A stretch of DNA of 64,000 nucleotides from Escherichia coli (GTDB taxonomy: Bacteria; Pseudomonadota; Gammaproteobacteria; Enterobacterales; Enterobacteriaceae). A program made the translations under genes and the position numbers. The notes under the pieces were generated by a model that saw only the letters and a program-made list of their open reading frames with translations, was not told where the DNA came from and searched no databases. Of this stretch, positions 1 to 11,340 are shown in pieces. The stretch lies in NCBI RefSeq assembly GCF_009931435.1, contig NZ_CP043414.1. One strand, given 5' to 3'. Every line of letters begins with the position of its first letter. Position 1 is the stretch's first letter.

Positions 1-309
<309 letters not shown>

Positions 310-416
310 AATTGCCTCACTTAAAGCACGCGGATGAGAGACAGCCTCCTCTCCTCCGTGTGTTACTATAAAAGTTATCTCCCTTCTCGTTCATCGTTCC
401 ATATTTGAGAAACAGT

Positions 417-956
417 ATGTCTTCCAGAGTTTTGACCCCGGACGTCGTTGGTATTGACGCCCTGGTACACGATCACCAAACCGTTCTGGCAAAAGCTGAA
501 GGCGGTGTGGTTGCCGTATTTGCTAACAATGCCCCGGCGTTTTATGCCGTCACGCCTGCGCGCCTGGCTGAACTGCTGGCGCTGGAAGAAAAGCTGGCGC
601 GTCCAGGAAGCGATGTCGCTCTGGACGATCAACTCTATCAGGAACCGCAAGCCGCTCCCGTTGCTGTACCCATGGGGAAATTCGCCATGTATCCGGACTG
701 GCAACCCGATGCCGACTTTATCCGCCTGGCGGCGCTATGGGGCGTGGCGCTAAAAGAGCCGGTGACCACCGAAGAACTGGCCTCATTCATTGCCTACTGG
801 CAGGCGGAAGGTAAAGTCTTTCACCATGTACAGTGGCAACAAAAACTGGCGCGCAGCCTGCAAATCGGCCGTGCCAGCAACGGCGGACTGCCGAAACGAG
901 ATGTGAATACGGTCAGCGAACCTGACAGCCAAATTCCACCAGGATTCAGAGGGTAA
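417..956 (+). CDS. dnaT: Primosomal protein DnaT
   Basis: Translation from ATG 417 ([21 protein letters not shown]..., 179 aa) matches DnaT as I recall it; ORF-track start at 405 is an N-terminal extension; stop 4 nt before dnaC start. Confidence 0.9.
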   Translation: MSSRVLTPDVVGIDALVHDHQTVLAKAEGGVVAVFANNAPAFYAVTPARLAELLALEEKLARPGSDVALDDQLYQEPQAAPVAVPMGKFAMYPDWQPDADFIRLAALWGVALKEPVTTEELASFIAYWQAEGKVFHHVQWQQKLARSLQIGRASNGGLPKRDVNTVSEPDSQIPPGFRG

Positions 957-958
957 CG

Positions 959-1696
959 ATGAAAAACGTTGGCGACCTGATGCAACGCCTGCAAAAAATG
1001 ATGCCTGCCCATATCAAACCTGCGTTTAAAACGGGTGAAGAACTACTGGCCTGGCAGAAAGAACAAGGGGCAATCCGCTCCGCCGCTCTCGAACGTGAAA
1101 ACCGGGCGATGAAAATGCAGCGCACCTTTAACCGCTCCGGTATTCGTCCACTGCATCAGAACTGCTCCTTTGAGAACTATCGCGTTGAGTGTGAAGGGCA
1201 GATGAATGCGTTAAGCAAAGCACGCCAGTATGTCGAAGAGTTTGACGGCAACATCGCCAGCTTCATCTTTTCTGGCAAGCCAGGAACCGGCAAAAACCAT
1301 CTGGCGGCGGCAATCTGCAACGAGCTACTGCTACGCGGTAAATCCGTATTGATCATCACCGTGGCCGATATTATGTCGGCGATGAAAGATACCTTCAGGA
1401 ATAGCGGTACCAGCGAAGAACAACTGCTTAACGATCTGAGCAACGTTGATCTGCTGGTGATCGATGAGATCGGTGTGCAGACCGAATCGAAATACGAAAA
1501 AGTGATCATCAACCAGATCGTCGATCGCCGCTCTTCTTCCAAACGCCCAACCGGGATGCTGACCAACAGTAATATGGAAGAGATGACCAAGTTGCTGGGC
1601 GAACGCGTGATGGACCGTATGCGCCTGGGCAACAGTTTGTGGGTGATCTTCAACTGGGATAGCTACCGTAGCCGGGTAACGGGTAAAGAGTATTAA
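959..1696 (+). CDS. dnaC: Helicase loader DnaC
   Basis: 245 aa; Walker A GKPGTGKNHLAAA and Walker B LLVIDEIG; tightly coupled to dnaT. Confidence 0.93.
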   Translation: MKNVGDLMQRLQKMMPAHIKPAFKTGEELLAWQKEQGAIRSAALERENRAMKMQRTFNRSGIRPLHQNCSFENYRVECEGQMNALSKARQYVEEFDGNIASFIFSGKPGTGKNHLAAAICNELLLRGKSVLIITVADIMSAMKDTFRNSGTSEEQLLNDLSNVDLLVIDEIGVQTESKYEKVIINQIVDRRSSSKRPTGMLTNSNMEEMTKLLGERVMDRMRLGNSLWVIFNWDSYRSRVTGKEY

Positions 1697-1741
1697 TCCC
1701 AATTTCTGGCGGTATACTGCGACACAATTCCACCTTGAGTA

Positions 1742-2239
1742 ATGATGATGAAAACTGTTAAACATCTTCTGTGCTGTGCCATTGCTGCCAGCGCATTAAT
1801 TTCCACCGGGGTGCATGCTGCGTCCTGGAAAGATGCGCTCTCCAGCGCCGCCAGCGAACTTGGCAACCATAACAGCACGACACAAGAAGGCGGTTGGTCA
1901 CTCGCTTCATTAACTAGCTTGCTTAGCAGCGGGAACCAGGCCTTAAGCGCAGATAACATGAACAATGCCGCAGGCATACTGCAATACTGCGCGAAGCAGA
2001 AGTTGGCTTCGGTAACCGATGCCGAAAACATCAAGAACCAGGTGCTGGAAAAGCTGGGCCTGAACAGTGAAGAGCAAAAAGAAGACACCAACTATCTGGA
2101 TGGCATTCAGGGTTTGCTGAAAACCAAAGATGGTCAGCAACTCAATCTGGATAACATCGGAACGACTCCGCTGGCAGAAAAGGTGAAAACCAAGGCCTGT
2201 GATCTGGTGTTAAAGCAGGGGCTAAACTTCATTTCCTGA
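1742..2239 (+). CDS. yjjA: YjjA, secreted protein with predicted signal peptide (DUF2501-like)
   Basis: 165-aa ORF with N-terminal signal-like segment ending in HAAS; synteny between dnaC and opgB. Confidence 0.75.
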   Translation: MMMKTVKHLLCCAIAASALISTGVHAASWKDALSSAASELGNHNSTTQEGGWSLASLTSLLSSGNQALSADNMNNAAGILQYCAKQKLASVTDAENIKNQVLEKLGLNSEEQKEDTNYLDGIQGLLKTKDGQQLNLDNIGTTPLAEKVKTKACDLVLKQGLNFIS

Positions 2240-2492
2240 TCCGCGAAACGCCGCGTTTTAGCTGTTACCCGGCTGACGCGGCTCTCTCCTGCCCTTTTCC
2301 CTGCTCCTGGACGGTTTTCCCCCTGTTACACGGGAAGCGACCGTAATCAAAAAAGTCTGTTTATAAACTAATTCCTAACAACATCGCATTTTTTTGACAC
2401 TAGAATTGCAGCAATATGGCGACGCCATTACATTGTGCTTCTCAAAAAGCTTAAACGTTGGCTAAACGGCCCGGTTTAGTGAGGATCGCCCG

Positions 2493-4784
2493 TTGTCAGA
2501 ACTACTCTCTTTCGCCCTTTTTCTCGCCTCTGTGCTGATTTACGCATGGAAAGCGGGACGTAACACCTGGTGGTTTGCAGCCACGTTAACGGTGCTGGGG
2601 CTATTTGTCGTTTTAAATATCACCCTGTTTGCCAGCGACTATTTTACTGGTGATGGTATTAACGACGCGGTTCTCTATACCTTAACCAACAGCCTGACCG
2701 GTGCTGGTGTCAGCAAATACATTCTGCCGGGTATCGGCATTGTGCTGGGGCTGACGGCGGTGTTCGGTGCTCTGGGCTGGATCCTGCGCCGTCGTCGTCA
2801 TCATCCGCACCATTTTGGTTACAGCCTGCTGGCACTCTTACTGGCGCTGGGTTCAGTGGATGCCAGCCCGGCATTTCGTCAGATAACGGAACTGGTGAAA
2901 TCCCAGTCACGCGACGGCGACCCGGACTTCGCGGCTTATTATAAAGAGCTGTCGAAAACTATCCCTGACCCGAAACTCAACCTGGTTTATATCTACGGCG
3001 AAAGCCTCGAGCGGACCTATTTTGATAACGAAGCTTTCCCGGATCTCACGCCTGAACTGGGCGCGTTGAAAAATGAAGGCCTGGATTTCAGCCATACGCA
3101 GCAGCTGCCGGGAACGGATTACACGATTGCAGGCATGGTGGCTTCTCAGTGCGGCATTCCGCTGTTTGCTCCCTTTGAAGGCAACGCCTCCGCTTCTGTT
3201 TCCAGCTTCTTCCCACAGAACATCTGCCTGGGCGATATCCTGAAGAACTCGGGTTATCAGAACTATTTCGTGCAGGGCGCGAATCTGCGTTTTGCCGGTA
3301 AAGATGTGTTCCTGAAGTCGCACGGCTTCGACCATTTATATGGCTCAGAAGAGCTGAAAAGCGTGGTGGCAGACCCACACTATCGCAACGACTGGGGATT
3401 CTACGACGATACCGTTCTCGATGAAGCGTGGAAAAAGTTTGAAGAGCTTTCCCGCTCTGGCCAGCGATTCTCACTGTTTACCCTGACAGTCGATACCCAT
3501 CACCCGGATGGTTTTATCTCGCGTACCTGTAACCGCAAAAAATATGATTTTGACGGTAAGCCGAATCAGTCATTCAGTGCGGTAAGTTGCAGCCAGGAGA
3601 ATATCGCGGCGTTTATCAACAAAATCAAAGCGTCACCGTGGTTTAAAGATACCGTTATCGTCGTCTCATCTGACCATTTAGCGATGAACAACACGGCGTG
3701 GAAATACCTCAATAAGCAAGATCGCAATAATCTGTTTTTCGTCATTCGTGGCGACAAGCCGCAGCAAGAAACGCTGGCGGTGAAGCGTAATACGATGGAT
3801 AACGGCGCGACGGTGCTGGACATTCTCGGTGGCGATAACTATCTCGGACTTGGTCGTAGCAGTTTATCCGGGCAGTCAATGTCGGAAATCTTCCTCAATA
3901 TCAAAGAGAAAACGTTGGCGTGGAAGCCGGATATCATCCGCCTGTGGAAATTCCCTAAAGAGATGAAAGAGTTCACCATCGACCAGCAGAAAAACATGAT
4001 TGCCTTCTCAGGTAGCCATTTCCGTTTGCCGCTGCTGTTGCGGGTTTCAGACAAACGCGTGGAACCGCTGCCGGAAAGTGAATACTCAGCACCGCTGCGT
4101 TTCCAGTTGGCCGATTTTGCTCCACGCGACAATTTCGTCTGGGTTGACCGTTGCTATAAGATGGCACAACTCTGGGCTCCGGAACTGGCACTTTCCACCG
4201 ACTGGTGTGTCTCGCAAGGGCAGCTTGGCGGTCAGCAAATTGTCCAGCATGTTGATAAAACAACATGGAAGGGCAAAACGGCATTTAAAGATACGGTCAT
4301 CGACATGGCGCGTTACAAAGGCAATGTCGATACGCTGAAGATTGTTGATAACGATATTCGCTACAAAGCCGACAGTTTCATCTTTAACGTCGCCGGTGCG
4401 CCAGAAGAGGTGAAACAGTTTAGCGGGATTTCTCGTCCGGAGTCGTGGGGCCGCTGGTCCAACGCACAGTTGGGCGACGAAGTAAAAATCGAGTACAAGC
4501 ATCCGCTGCCGAAGAAATTTGACCTGGTGATTACCGCCAAAGCATACGGCAATAATGCCAGCCGCCCTATTCCGGTACGCGTAGGCAATGAAGAACAAAC
4601 CCTTGTGCTGGGCAATGAAGTAACCACCACTACGCTGCATTTCGATAACCCAACCGATGCTGACACGCTGGTGATTGTGCCACCTGAACCCGTCTCAACC
4701 AACGAAGGGAATATCCTCGGACACTCGCCGCGTAAGCTTGGTATCGGCATGGTGGAAATTAAAGTGGTGGAACGTGAAGGGTAA
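2493..4784 (+). CDS. opgB: Phosphoglycerol transferase I (osmoregulated periplasmic glucan biosynthesis)
   Basis: 763 aa; N-terminal transmembrane segments followed by sulfatase-like domain; TTG start codon at 2493; matches OpgB/MdoB. Confidence 0.9.
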   Translation: MSELLSFALFLASVLIYAWKAGRNTWWFAATLTVLGLFVVLNITLFASDYFTGDGINDAVLYTLTNSLTGAGVSKYILPGIGIVLGLTAVFGALGWILRRRRHHPHHFGYSLLALLLALGSVDASPAFRQITELVKSQSRDGDPDFAAYYKELSKTIPDPKLNLVYIYGESLERTYFDNEAFPDLTPELGALKNEGLDFSHTQQLPGTDYTIAGMVASQCGIPLFAPFEGNASASVSSFFPQNICLGDILKNSGYQNYFVQGANLRFAGKDVFLKSHGFDHLYGSEELKSVVADPHYRNDWGFYDDTVLDEAWKKFEELSRSGQRFSLFTLTVDTHHPDGFISRTCNRKKYDFDGKPNQSFSAVSCSQENIAAFINKIKASPWFKDTVIVVSSDHLAMNNTAWKYLNKQDRNNLFFVIRGDKPQQETLAVKRNTMDNGATVLDILGGDNYLGLGRSSLSGQSMSEIFLNIKEKTLAWKPDIIRLWKFPKEMKEFTIDQQKNMIAFSGSHFRLPLLLRVSDKRVEPLPESEYSAPLRFQLADFAPRDNFVWVDRCYKMAQLWAPELALSTDWCVSQGQLGGQQIVQHVDKTTWKGKTAFKDTVIDMARYKGNVDTLKIVDNDIRYKADSFIFNVAGAPEEVKQFSGISRPESWGRWSNAQLGDEVKIEYKHPLPKKFDLVITAKAYGNNASRPIPVRVGNEEQTLVLGNEVTTTTLHFDNPTDADTLVIVPPEPVSTNEGNILGHSPRKLGIGMVEIKVVEREG

Positions 4785-4798
4785 TTCCTGACTGATTT

Positions 4799-4823
4799 GT
4801 AGGTCGCATAAGGTGCGACCTAC
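4799..4823. terminator. Perfect 10-bp stem hairpin (gtaggtcgca / tgcgacctac, loop taagg) between convergent opgB and lgoD
   Basis: Inverted repeat read directly from sequence; no clear U-tract, so may act as a bidirectional terminator or RNA-stability element. Confidence 0.4.
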
Positions 4824-4918
4824 ACACCTTCTCCGGCTCACAACACATTATTAAGAAACAAAAAAAACAGCGCCCAACACTTCCCCGGACGCTGCATGGC
4901 AACTTTAATAATCTCGCC

Positions 4919-5944
4919 TTATAAGAAAGTAATTACACCCTTAATCAACTCACGGTTGTTAATCACATCGCGCTCATAGGTTTCTGCCAGCGTGGCGAAC
5001 GGATAGCGATGGGTTAACATCATGTCGGCAGTGATTTTTCCTTCCGCCATCAGTCGACCGACTTTAGCGAAATCTTCCGGCGTGGCGTTGCGGCTGCCCA
5101 TCATCGTCGTTTCTTTTTTATGGAATTCCGGATCGGAGAACTGCAACTCACCTTTAAACAGACCGACAAACACCACCGTGCCGCCGTGACGAATCAGATT
5201 CACGGTGTTATTCATTGCATGTTGATTACCTGTCGCGTCGATCACTTTCTGCGCCAGCGAACCACCAAACTGCGCCCGCAGCTGCGCGTCAAAATCTTCG
5301 GCTGACGGGTCCAGCACGGGCAACTCCAGACGCGTTGCCACATGTTCTCGGCGTGCCGGACTGGTATCCGCCACCACCACCTGTGCGCCATCAGCTTTAG
5401 CGATTGCCGCCGCGCCCAGACCAATTGGCCCCGCCCCGACCACCAGCACCTGCTCGCCGGGAGCAATAGCCGCACGACGCACCGCATGAGCGCTAATAGC
5501 GAAAGGTTCAATCAATGCTGCCGCCTGCGGGTCAATACCGTCTGCGGGCAAAATGTTCGCCACCGGCACGCTCAAATACTCACTAAAACCACCATCCTGA
5601 TGCACACCAATAACTGAAATTTTTTCACAGCAATTGGTGCGACCGCTTTTACATGCCGGGCATTGCTGACAGGCAACATAAGGGATCACAGCAACTTGCT
5701 GACCATTTTTAAGATCAGCAATATTTTTACCCAGCCCAACAATCTCCCCACATATTTCATGGCCTAAAACGCGTGGATAACTAAAAAATGGTTGATTTCC
5801 ACCCCAGGCATGAATATCGGTACCGCAAATCCCGACAGACTTAATTTTTATTAATGCTTCATTGTCACCCGGAATAGGTATCTCGCGTTGTTTCCAGACT
5901 AATTCTTTCGGCTGCTGGCAAATTAAAACATTCATCGTAGACAT
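4919..5944 (-). CDS. lgoD: L-galactonate 5-dehydrogenase (Zn-dependent alcohol dehydrogenase family)
   Basis: Start chosen at MSTMNVLICQQP; GHEICGEIVGLG zinc-ADH motif and GAGPIGLG Rossmann motif. Confidence 0.85.
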   Translation of the reverse strand: MSTMNVLICQQPKELVWKQREIPIPGDNEALIKIKSVGICGTDIHAWGGNQPFFSYPRVLGHEICGEIVGLGKNIADLKNGQQVAVIPYVACQQCPACKSGRTNCCEKISVIGVHQDGGFSEYLSVPVANILPADGIDPQAAALIEPFAISAHAVRRAAIAPGEQVLVVGAGPIGLGAAAIAKADGAQVVVADTSPARREHVATRLELPVLDPSAEDFDAQLRAQFGGSLAQKVIDATGNQHAMNNTVNLIRHGGTVVFVGLFKGELQFSDPEFHKKETTMMGSRNATPEDFAKVGRLMAEGKITADMMLTHRYPFATLAETYERDVINNRELIKGVITFL

Positions 5945-6082
5945 GATTCGGCTCTCCATTTTTTGTTGCCTTAGATATCAATGAAAATGAAAAATGGCAG
6001 CGGAACGGAAAATCTGTTTTGTGAAAACACACGCATAAAAATGTTTTAAATCGGGTTTTAATGGACTCACAAGGAGGAAAAT

Positions 6083-6997
6083 ATGAGTCGCTCACAAAAT
6101 TTACGCCACAATGTGATTAACCAGGTCATTGATGATATGGCACGAGGTCATATCCCTTCGCCACTTCCATCGCAAAGTGCGCTGGCAGAAATGTACAACA
6201 TCAGCCGCACCACAGTGCGTCATATTCTCAGCCACTTACGCGAATGCGGCGTCTTGACGCAGGTTGGAAACGACTATGTTATTGCGCGTAAACCTGACCA
6301 TGATGACGGTTTCGCCTGTACTACCGCTTCAATGAGTGAACAAAACAAAGTGTTTGAGCAGGCTTTTTTTACGATGATAAACCAGCGCCAGTTACGCCCA
6401 GGAGAAACTTTTTCTGAACTGCAACTGGCTCGGGCCGCGGGTGTCAGCCCGGTTGTAGTAAGAGAATATCTTTTAAAATTCGGTCGTTATAATCTTATTC
6501 AGAGCGAAAAGCGCGGCCAGTGGAGCATGAAGCAATTCGATCAATCCTACGCCGAGCAGCTGTTTGAGCTACGCGAAATGCTCGAAACTCATTCACTTCA
6601 GCACTTTCTCAACCTGCCTGATCATGATCCCCGCTGGCTGCAGGCGAAAACCATGCTCGAACGTCATCGACTACTGCGTGACAACATCGGCAATAGCTTT
6701 CGCATGTTCTCGCAACTTGACAGAGATTTTCACTCCTTACTGCTTTCAGCTGCCGATAATATCTTTTTTGATCAATCGCTTGAGATCATCTCAGTCATCT
6801 TTCATTTTCACTATCAATGGGACGAAAGCGATCTTAAACAGCGCAATATCATTGCCGTCGATGAGCATATGACCATTCTCAGCGCTCTGATTTGCCGCAG
6901 TGACCTGGATGCCACCCTTGCGCTCCGTAACCATTTGAATTCAGCTAAACAATCAATGATTCGATCCATTAATGAGAACACGCGTTATGCTCATTAA
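6083..6997 (+). CDS. lgoR: GntR-family transcriptional regulator LgoR
   Basis: 304 aa; N-terminal winged-HTH region (SQSALAEMYNISRTTVRHIL); divergent from lgoD, upstream of lgoT. Confidence 0.8.
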   Translation: MSRSQNLRHNVINQVIDDMARGHIPSPLPSQSALAEMYNISRTTVRHILSHLRECGVLTQVGNDYVIARKPDHDDGFACTTASMSEQNKVFEQAFFTMINQRQLRPGETFSELQLARAAGVSPVVVREYLLKFGRYNLIQSEKRGQWSMKQFDQSYAEQLFELREMLETHSLQHFLNLPDHDPRWLQAKTMLERHRLLRDNIGNSFRMFSQLDRDFHSLLLSAADNIFFDQSLEIISVIFHFHYQWDESDLKQRNIIAVDEHMTILSALICRSDLDATLALRNHLNSAKQSMIRSINENTRYAH

Positions 6998-7211
6998 GTA
7001 CGGATTAAAAACAGCAAACTATTAGCGGGTGCACGGTTTTATCAAAAGATAAATACCGGAAAATTCCCGCTTACCTATGCTCACAATCAGTCGACTAAAA
7101 ATGTTTTTGTGAGCGGTAGTAAAGTCCTAAAACTTTCACCTGCCGTTAATGTCAACCTTGCGTAATGCACAATTACGTAAACAATTAAAATTATAAATAC
7201 AGGAGTCCGGC

Positions 7212-8573
7212 GTGGAAAAAGAAAATATCACCCTCGATCCGCGTTCTTCATTTACTCCATCTTCGTCGGCAGATATTCCCGTGCCACCAGATGGATTAGT
7301 TCAACGCAGTACCCGAATTAAACGCATTCAAACCACCGCCATGTTGTTATTATTTTTTGCGGCGGTAATCAATTATCTCGACCGCAGTTCACTGTCGGTA
7401 GCAAATTTAACGATTCGTGAAGAATTGGGATTAAGTGCCACCGAAATCGGCGCTTTGCTCTCCGTGTTTTCACTCGCTTACGGGATTGCGCAACTTCCTT
7501 GCGGCCCACTATTGGATCGTAAAGGCCCGCGCCTGATGCTGGGACTGGGGATGTTCTTCTGGTCACTGTTCCAGGCAATGTCTGGCATGGTGCACAGCTT
7601 TACGCAGTTCGTGTTGGTGCGTATCGGTATGGGAATTGGTGAAGCGCCGATGAACCCATGCGGTGTAAAAGTCATTAACGACTGGTTCAACATCAAAGAG
7701 CGCGGACGCCCGATGGGCTTCTTCAACGCAGCTTCTACCATTGGCGTTGCCGTAAGCCCACCGATTCTGGCGGCGATGATGCTGGTGATGGGCTGGCGCG
7801 GGATGTTTATTACCATTGGTGTACTGGGGATTTTTCTCGCCATTGGCTGGTATATGCTCTATCGCAACCGCGAGCACGTAGAACTGACTGCCGTTGAACA
7901 AGCTTATCTCAATGCAGGTAGCGTCAATGCCCGCCGTGATCCGCTCAGTTTTGCCGAATGGCGCAGCCTGTTCCGTAACCGCACAATGTGGGGAATGATG
8001 CTCGGATTCAGTGGCATCAACTACACTGCGTGGCTGTATCTGGCCTGGCTTCCTGGTTACCTGCAAACAGCCTATAACCTGGATTTAAAAAGCACAGGAT
8101 TGATGGCGGCTATCCCTTTCCTGTTTGGGGCTGCCGGGATGCTGGTCAACGGTTACGTTACCGACTGGCTGGTCAAAGGGGGAATGGCTCCGATTAAAAG
8201 CCGTAAGATCTGCATTATTGCCGGGATGTTCTGTTCTGCCGCCTTTACGCTGGTCGTACCGCAAGCGACAACATCCATGACAGCGGTTCTGCTGATTGGC
8301 ATGGCACTGTTCTGCATTCACTTTGCCGGAACATCCTGCTGGGGATTGATCCACGTCGCTGTCGCTTCTCGCATGACTGCATCGGTGGGCAGTATCCAGA
8401 ACTTTGCCAGCTTCATCTGCGCTTCTTTCGCGCCGATCATTACTGGTTTTATTGTCGATACCACCCACTCATTCCGTCTGGCGCTAATCATCTGCGGTTG
8501 CGTCACCGCGGCGGGTGCACTGGCATACATCTTCCTGGTTCGTCAGCCGATCAACGACCCACGTAAAGATTAA
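7212..8573 (+). CDS. lgoT: L-galactonate:H+ symporter, MFS family
   Basis: 453 aa, multiple transmembrane helices; GTG start; synteny. Confidence 0.8.
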   Translation: MEKENITLDPRSSFTPSSSADIPVPPDGLVQRSTRIKRIQTTAMLLLFFAAVINYLDRSSLSVANLTIREELGLSATEIGALLSVFSLAYGIAQLPCGPLLDRKGPRLMLGLGMFFWSLFQAMSGMVHSFTQFVLVRIGMGIGEAPMNPCGVKVINDWFNIKERGRPMGFFNAASTIGVAVSPPILAAMMLVMGWRGMFITIGVLGIFLAIGWYMLYRNREHVELTAVEQAYLNAGSVNARRDPLSFAEWRSLFRNRTMWGMMLGFSGINYTAWLYLAWLPGYLQTAYNLDLKSTGLMAAIPFLFGAAGMLVNGYVTDWLVKGGMAPIKSRKICIIAGMFCSAAFTLVVPQATTSMTAVLLIGMALFCIHFAGTSCWGLIHVAVASRMTASVGSIQNFASFICASFAPIITGFIVDTTHSFRLALIICGCVTAAGALAYIFLVRQPINDPRKD

Positions 8574-8621
8574 TTTCCCTATGCCCGATAACATTTTGCT
8601 TATCGGGCATTTTTATGGCGA

Positions 8622-10286
8622 TTAAAACGTTTCCCAGTTCTCTCCGCTATCTGCCACTGCCACTTTGCGCGGCGCAGATGGCGTCACAGTTTTTACTACT
8701 GCCGATGCTTCGCGCTGGCGTTGCTGCTCTTGCTGAATCCGGAACACTGCCACAGCTTCGGTCAGGCGACTGGCCTGCTCCTCCAGCGCGGCGGCGGCAG
8801 CGGCAGATTCTTCCACCAGCGCAGCGTTCTGTTGGGTTACCCGGTCCATCTCAGCAACCGCTAAGCCAACCTGATCGATACCACGGCTCTGCTCATCAGA
8901 AGCAGAAGCAATTTCGCCCATAATGTCCGTCACGCGGGTCACAGCGCTGACAATCTCCGCCATTGTTTCCCCGGCGCTTTCGACCAGCGTAGAGCCAACA
9001 TCCACTTTCCCCACCGAGTCTTCAATCAGGCTTTTAATTTCGCGAGCCGCCTGGGCGCTACGCTGGGCCAGATTACGCACTTCTCCCGCAACCACCGCAA
9101 AACCGCGCCCTTGCTCACCCGCACGCGCTGCTTCAACCGCCGCGTTCAAAGCCAGAATATTGGTCTGGAAGGCAATGCCGTCAATTACGCTGATAATATC
9201 GGCGATTTTCTGCGAGCTGGTGGAGATATCGCGCATGGTCTGCACCACGTTATCCACCACTTTGCCGCCACGTTGCGCCGTTTCGGAAGCACTTAACGCC
9301 AGGTGGCTGGCCTGACGCGCATTTTCGGCGTTCTGCTTCACCGTTGCGGTCAGTTGCTCCATGCTGGCTGCCGTCTCTTCCAGCGAAGCGGCCTGTTGCT
9401 CGGTGCGCGAAGAGAGATCGTTATTGCCGGTGGCGATTTCGCTGGCACCGCTATAGATAGCATTGGCCCCGTTGCGCACATCACCGACGGTACGCATCAG
9501 CTCTCCCTGCATATGGCGCAAACTCTCTGCCAGTTGCCCCATCTCATTAGAACCATCCACCTCAATCGGTTTCACCAGATCGCCACCTGCAATATGACGA
9601 ATGCTGTCAATCAGGCGATTCATTGGCGCTACCAACGAGGCTTTAATACCGAACCAGACGGCGAAGATGACCGCCAGTACGACGATCATCACGCCCACCA
9701 GAATCCACATCGCCTGGCTGTAGGAGGCATTATTATCGCTGACGGCGATATCATAGAGCCGATCGTTTTGCTCCATGTAAGCCACATACTGCTTCTCGAA
9801 ACCGTCCTGATATCCCTGAGTCGGCTGATCAAAGAATTCGTTGATTTTGCCTGCACCTAACAGTTGGATCAGTTCCGCCAGCGCATTGTGATAAATATCG
9901 TAATTACGTTTGATCTCTGCCGCTGCGGCGGTGCTCTGACGCGGGTCACGCGGCAATGCTTCGTAATCCGCCCAGTTTTTTTCCGCCTGTTTCAGCGAAA
10001 TACTGGCACTCTGCATCAGCTCGGCAACGGTTGAACCGCTACCAATATTGTTCTGATCCATCATGTAGCGGATACCCGCGCGGTTGAGGGTGTTACGCGT
10101 CTGCAACAACGCGACCCAGCTGCCATTCAGCGTGGATTGCTGCTGGCGAATGGTTTGTAAAACAGTGAAATTTTCTTTGTCATTCTTTAAGGCATTAAAG
10201 AACAGACCGCCTGATGTCAGTTGTAAAAGGCCAAAAACGGCCAAAACCAGCAGTAAGCTGGTCACGATCTTGATACGTTTTAACAT
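8622..10286 (-). CDS. tsr: Methyl-accepting chemotaxis protein I (serine chemoreceptor)
   Basis: Start chosen at [17 protein letters not shown] and highly conserved MCP signalling domain; C-terminal NWETF pentapeptide. Confidence 0.92.
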   Translation of the reverse strand: MLKRIKIVTSLLLVLAVFGLLQLTSGGLFFNALKNDKENFTVLQTIRQQQSTLNGSWVALLQTRNTLNRAGIRYMMDQNNIGSGSTVAELMQSASISLKQAEKNWADYEALPRDPRQSTAAAAEIKRNYDIYHNALAELIQLLGAGKINEFFDQPTQGYQDGFEKQYVAYMEQNDRLYDIAVSDNNASYSQAMWILVGVMIVVLAVIFAVWFGIKASLVAPMNRLIDSIRHIAGGDLVKPIEVDGSNEMGQLAESLRHMQGELMRTVGDVRNGANAIYSGASEIATGNNDLSSRTEQQAASLEETAASMEQLTATVKQNAENARQASHLALSASETAQRGGKVVDNVVQTMRDISTSSQKIADIISVIDGIAFQTNILALNAAVEAARAGEQGRGFAVVAGEVRNLAQRSAQAAREIKSLIEDSVGKVDVGSTLVESAGETMAEIVSAVTRVTDIMGEIASASDEQSRGIDQVGLAVAEMDRVTQQNAALVEESAAAAAALEEQASRLTEAVAVFRIQQEQQRQREASAVVKTVTPSAPRKVAVADSGENWETF

Positions 10287-10425
10287 GGTTTCTCTTTCCA
10301 CTAGACAGATACACTGGTTGTCGGCCTGGTGGTGGAAAACTTTATGCTGTGGAAAAGCGTCGGCACTGCTTTTGTTGCAGCAAACTTGCGTTTTTTGTGA
10401 GGGTCACACTCTATAGCGGCAGTTT

Positions 10426-11331
10426 ATGGTACAAAGTATCAATCTTCTTCGAACCAGTGATACTCCTATGGCTTATAGCATCGATATCATCTCCTGCATT
10501 ACCGAACGATTTATGGCGTTAACAGCCACTGAAAAGCGTATCGCACAATTTATTCTTGATGACGTCTCTGCCGCAGTAGAGTTGCCAATTGCTGAGCTGG
10601 CACGGTTAACGCAAACCAGTCAGGCGTCGGTGACGCGTTTTGCCCGTGCACTGGGGTGCAAAGATGTCCGCGAGTTGAAAGTCAAACTGGCGCAGTCACT
10701 GGCTGTCGGGCAGCGGTTTATTCTCGATGTACCGGATCTTGACGGTGTTCAGGGGATCTACGAAGCGATTATTAGCGTGCTGGAAACGCATCGTCGTTCG
10801 CTGGATATGAATGCCATCAGCCAGGCTGTAAGCTGGTTAAGTCAGGCGCGGCAAATTCTTGCGTTAGGAACTGGCGGCGGTTCCACTATCTGTTCACAGG
10901 AGATTCAGTACCGTTTATTCCGTCTGGGGCTACCGGTGGTCAGTCAGAATGATGCCCTGATGATGAGAATGATGTGCTCGGCAGTGATGCCGCAGGATGT
11001 GGTGATTGTGCTGTCGCTGGGCGGTTATACACCGGAAATCATCGAAAGTGCGGCAATCGCCCGTCAGTATGGCGCGCGTGTTATTGCCATTACGCCAGCA
11101 CAAACACCGCTGGCGGAACAGGTGGATCTGGTATTGCCGTTACTGGTTCAGGAAAGTGATTACATCTTTAAGCCCACCCCTTCCCGCTACGCGATGTTAG
11201 CCATGGTCGATGTACTGGCAACAGAACTGGCAATGGCAAATAAAGCGCAGGCGAAAGATCGCCTGCGGCGGATAAAACTGGTGTTAGACAGCCACCGTGG
11301 GGGCGCTAACCGCCAGCCACTTGGCGATTAG
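10426..11331 (+). CDS. RpiR/MurR-family transcriptional regulator (HTH plus SIS domain)
   Basis: N-terminal HTH (AELARLTQTSQASVTRFARALG) and C-terminal SIS-like region; alternative start at M15 (10468). Confidence 0.7.
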   Translation: MVQSINLLRTSDTPMAYSIDIISCITERFMALTATEKRIAQFILDDVSAAVELPIAELARLTQTSQASVTRFARALGCKDVRELKVKLAQSLAVGQRFILDVPDLDGVQGIYEAIISVLETHRRSLDMNAISQAVSWLSQARQILALGTGGGSTICSQEIQYRLFRLGLPVVSQNDALMMRMMCSAVMPQDVVIVLSLGGYTPEIIESAAIARQYGARVIAITPAQTPLAEQVDLVLPLLVQESDYIFKPTPSRYAMLAMVDVLATELAMANKAQAKDRLRRIKLVLDSHRGGANRQPLGD

Positions 11332-11340
11332 CATTGTCGG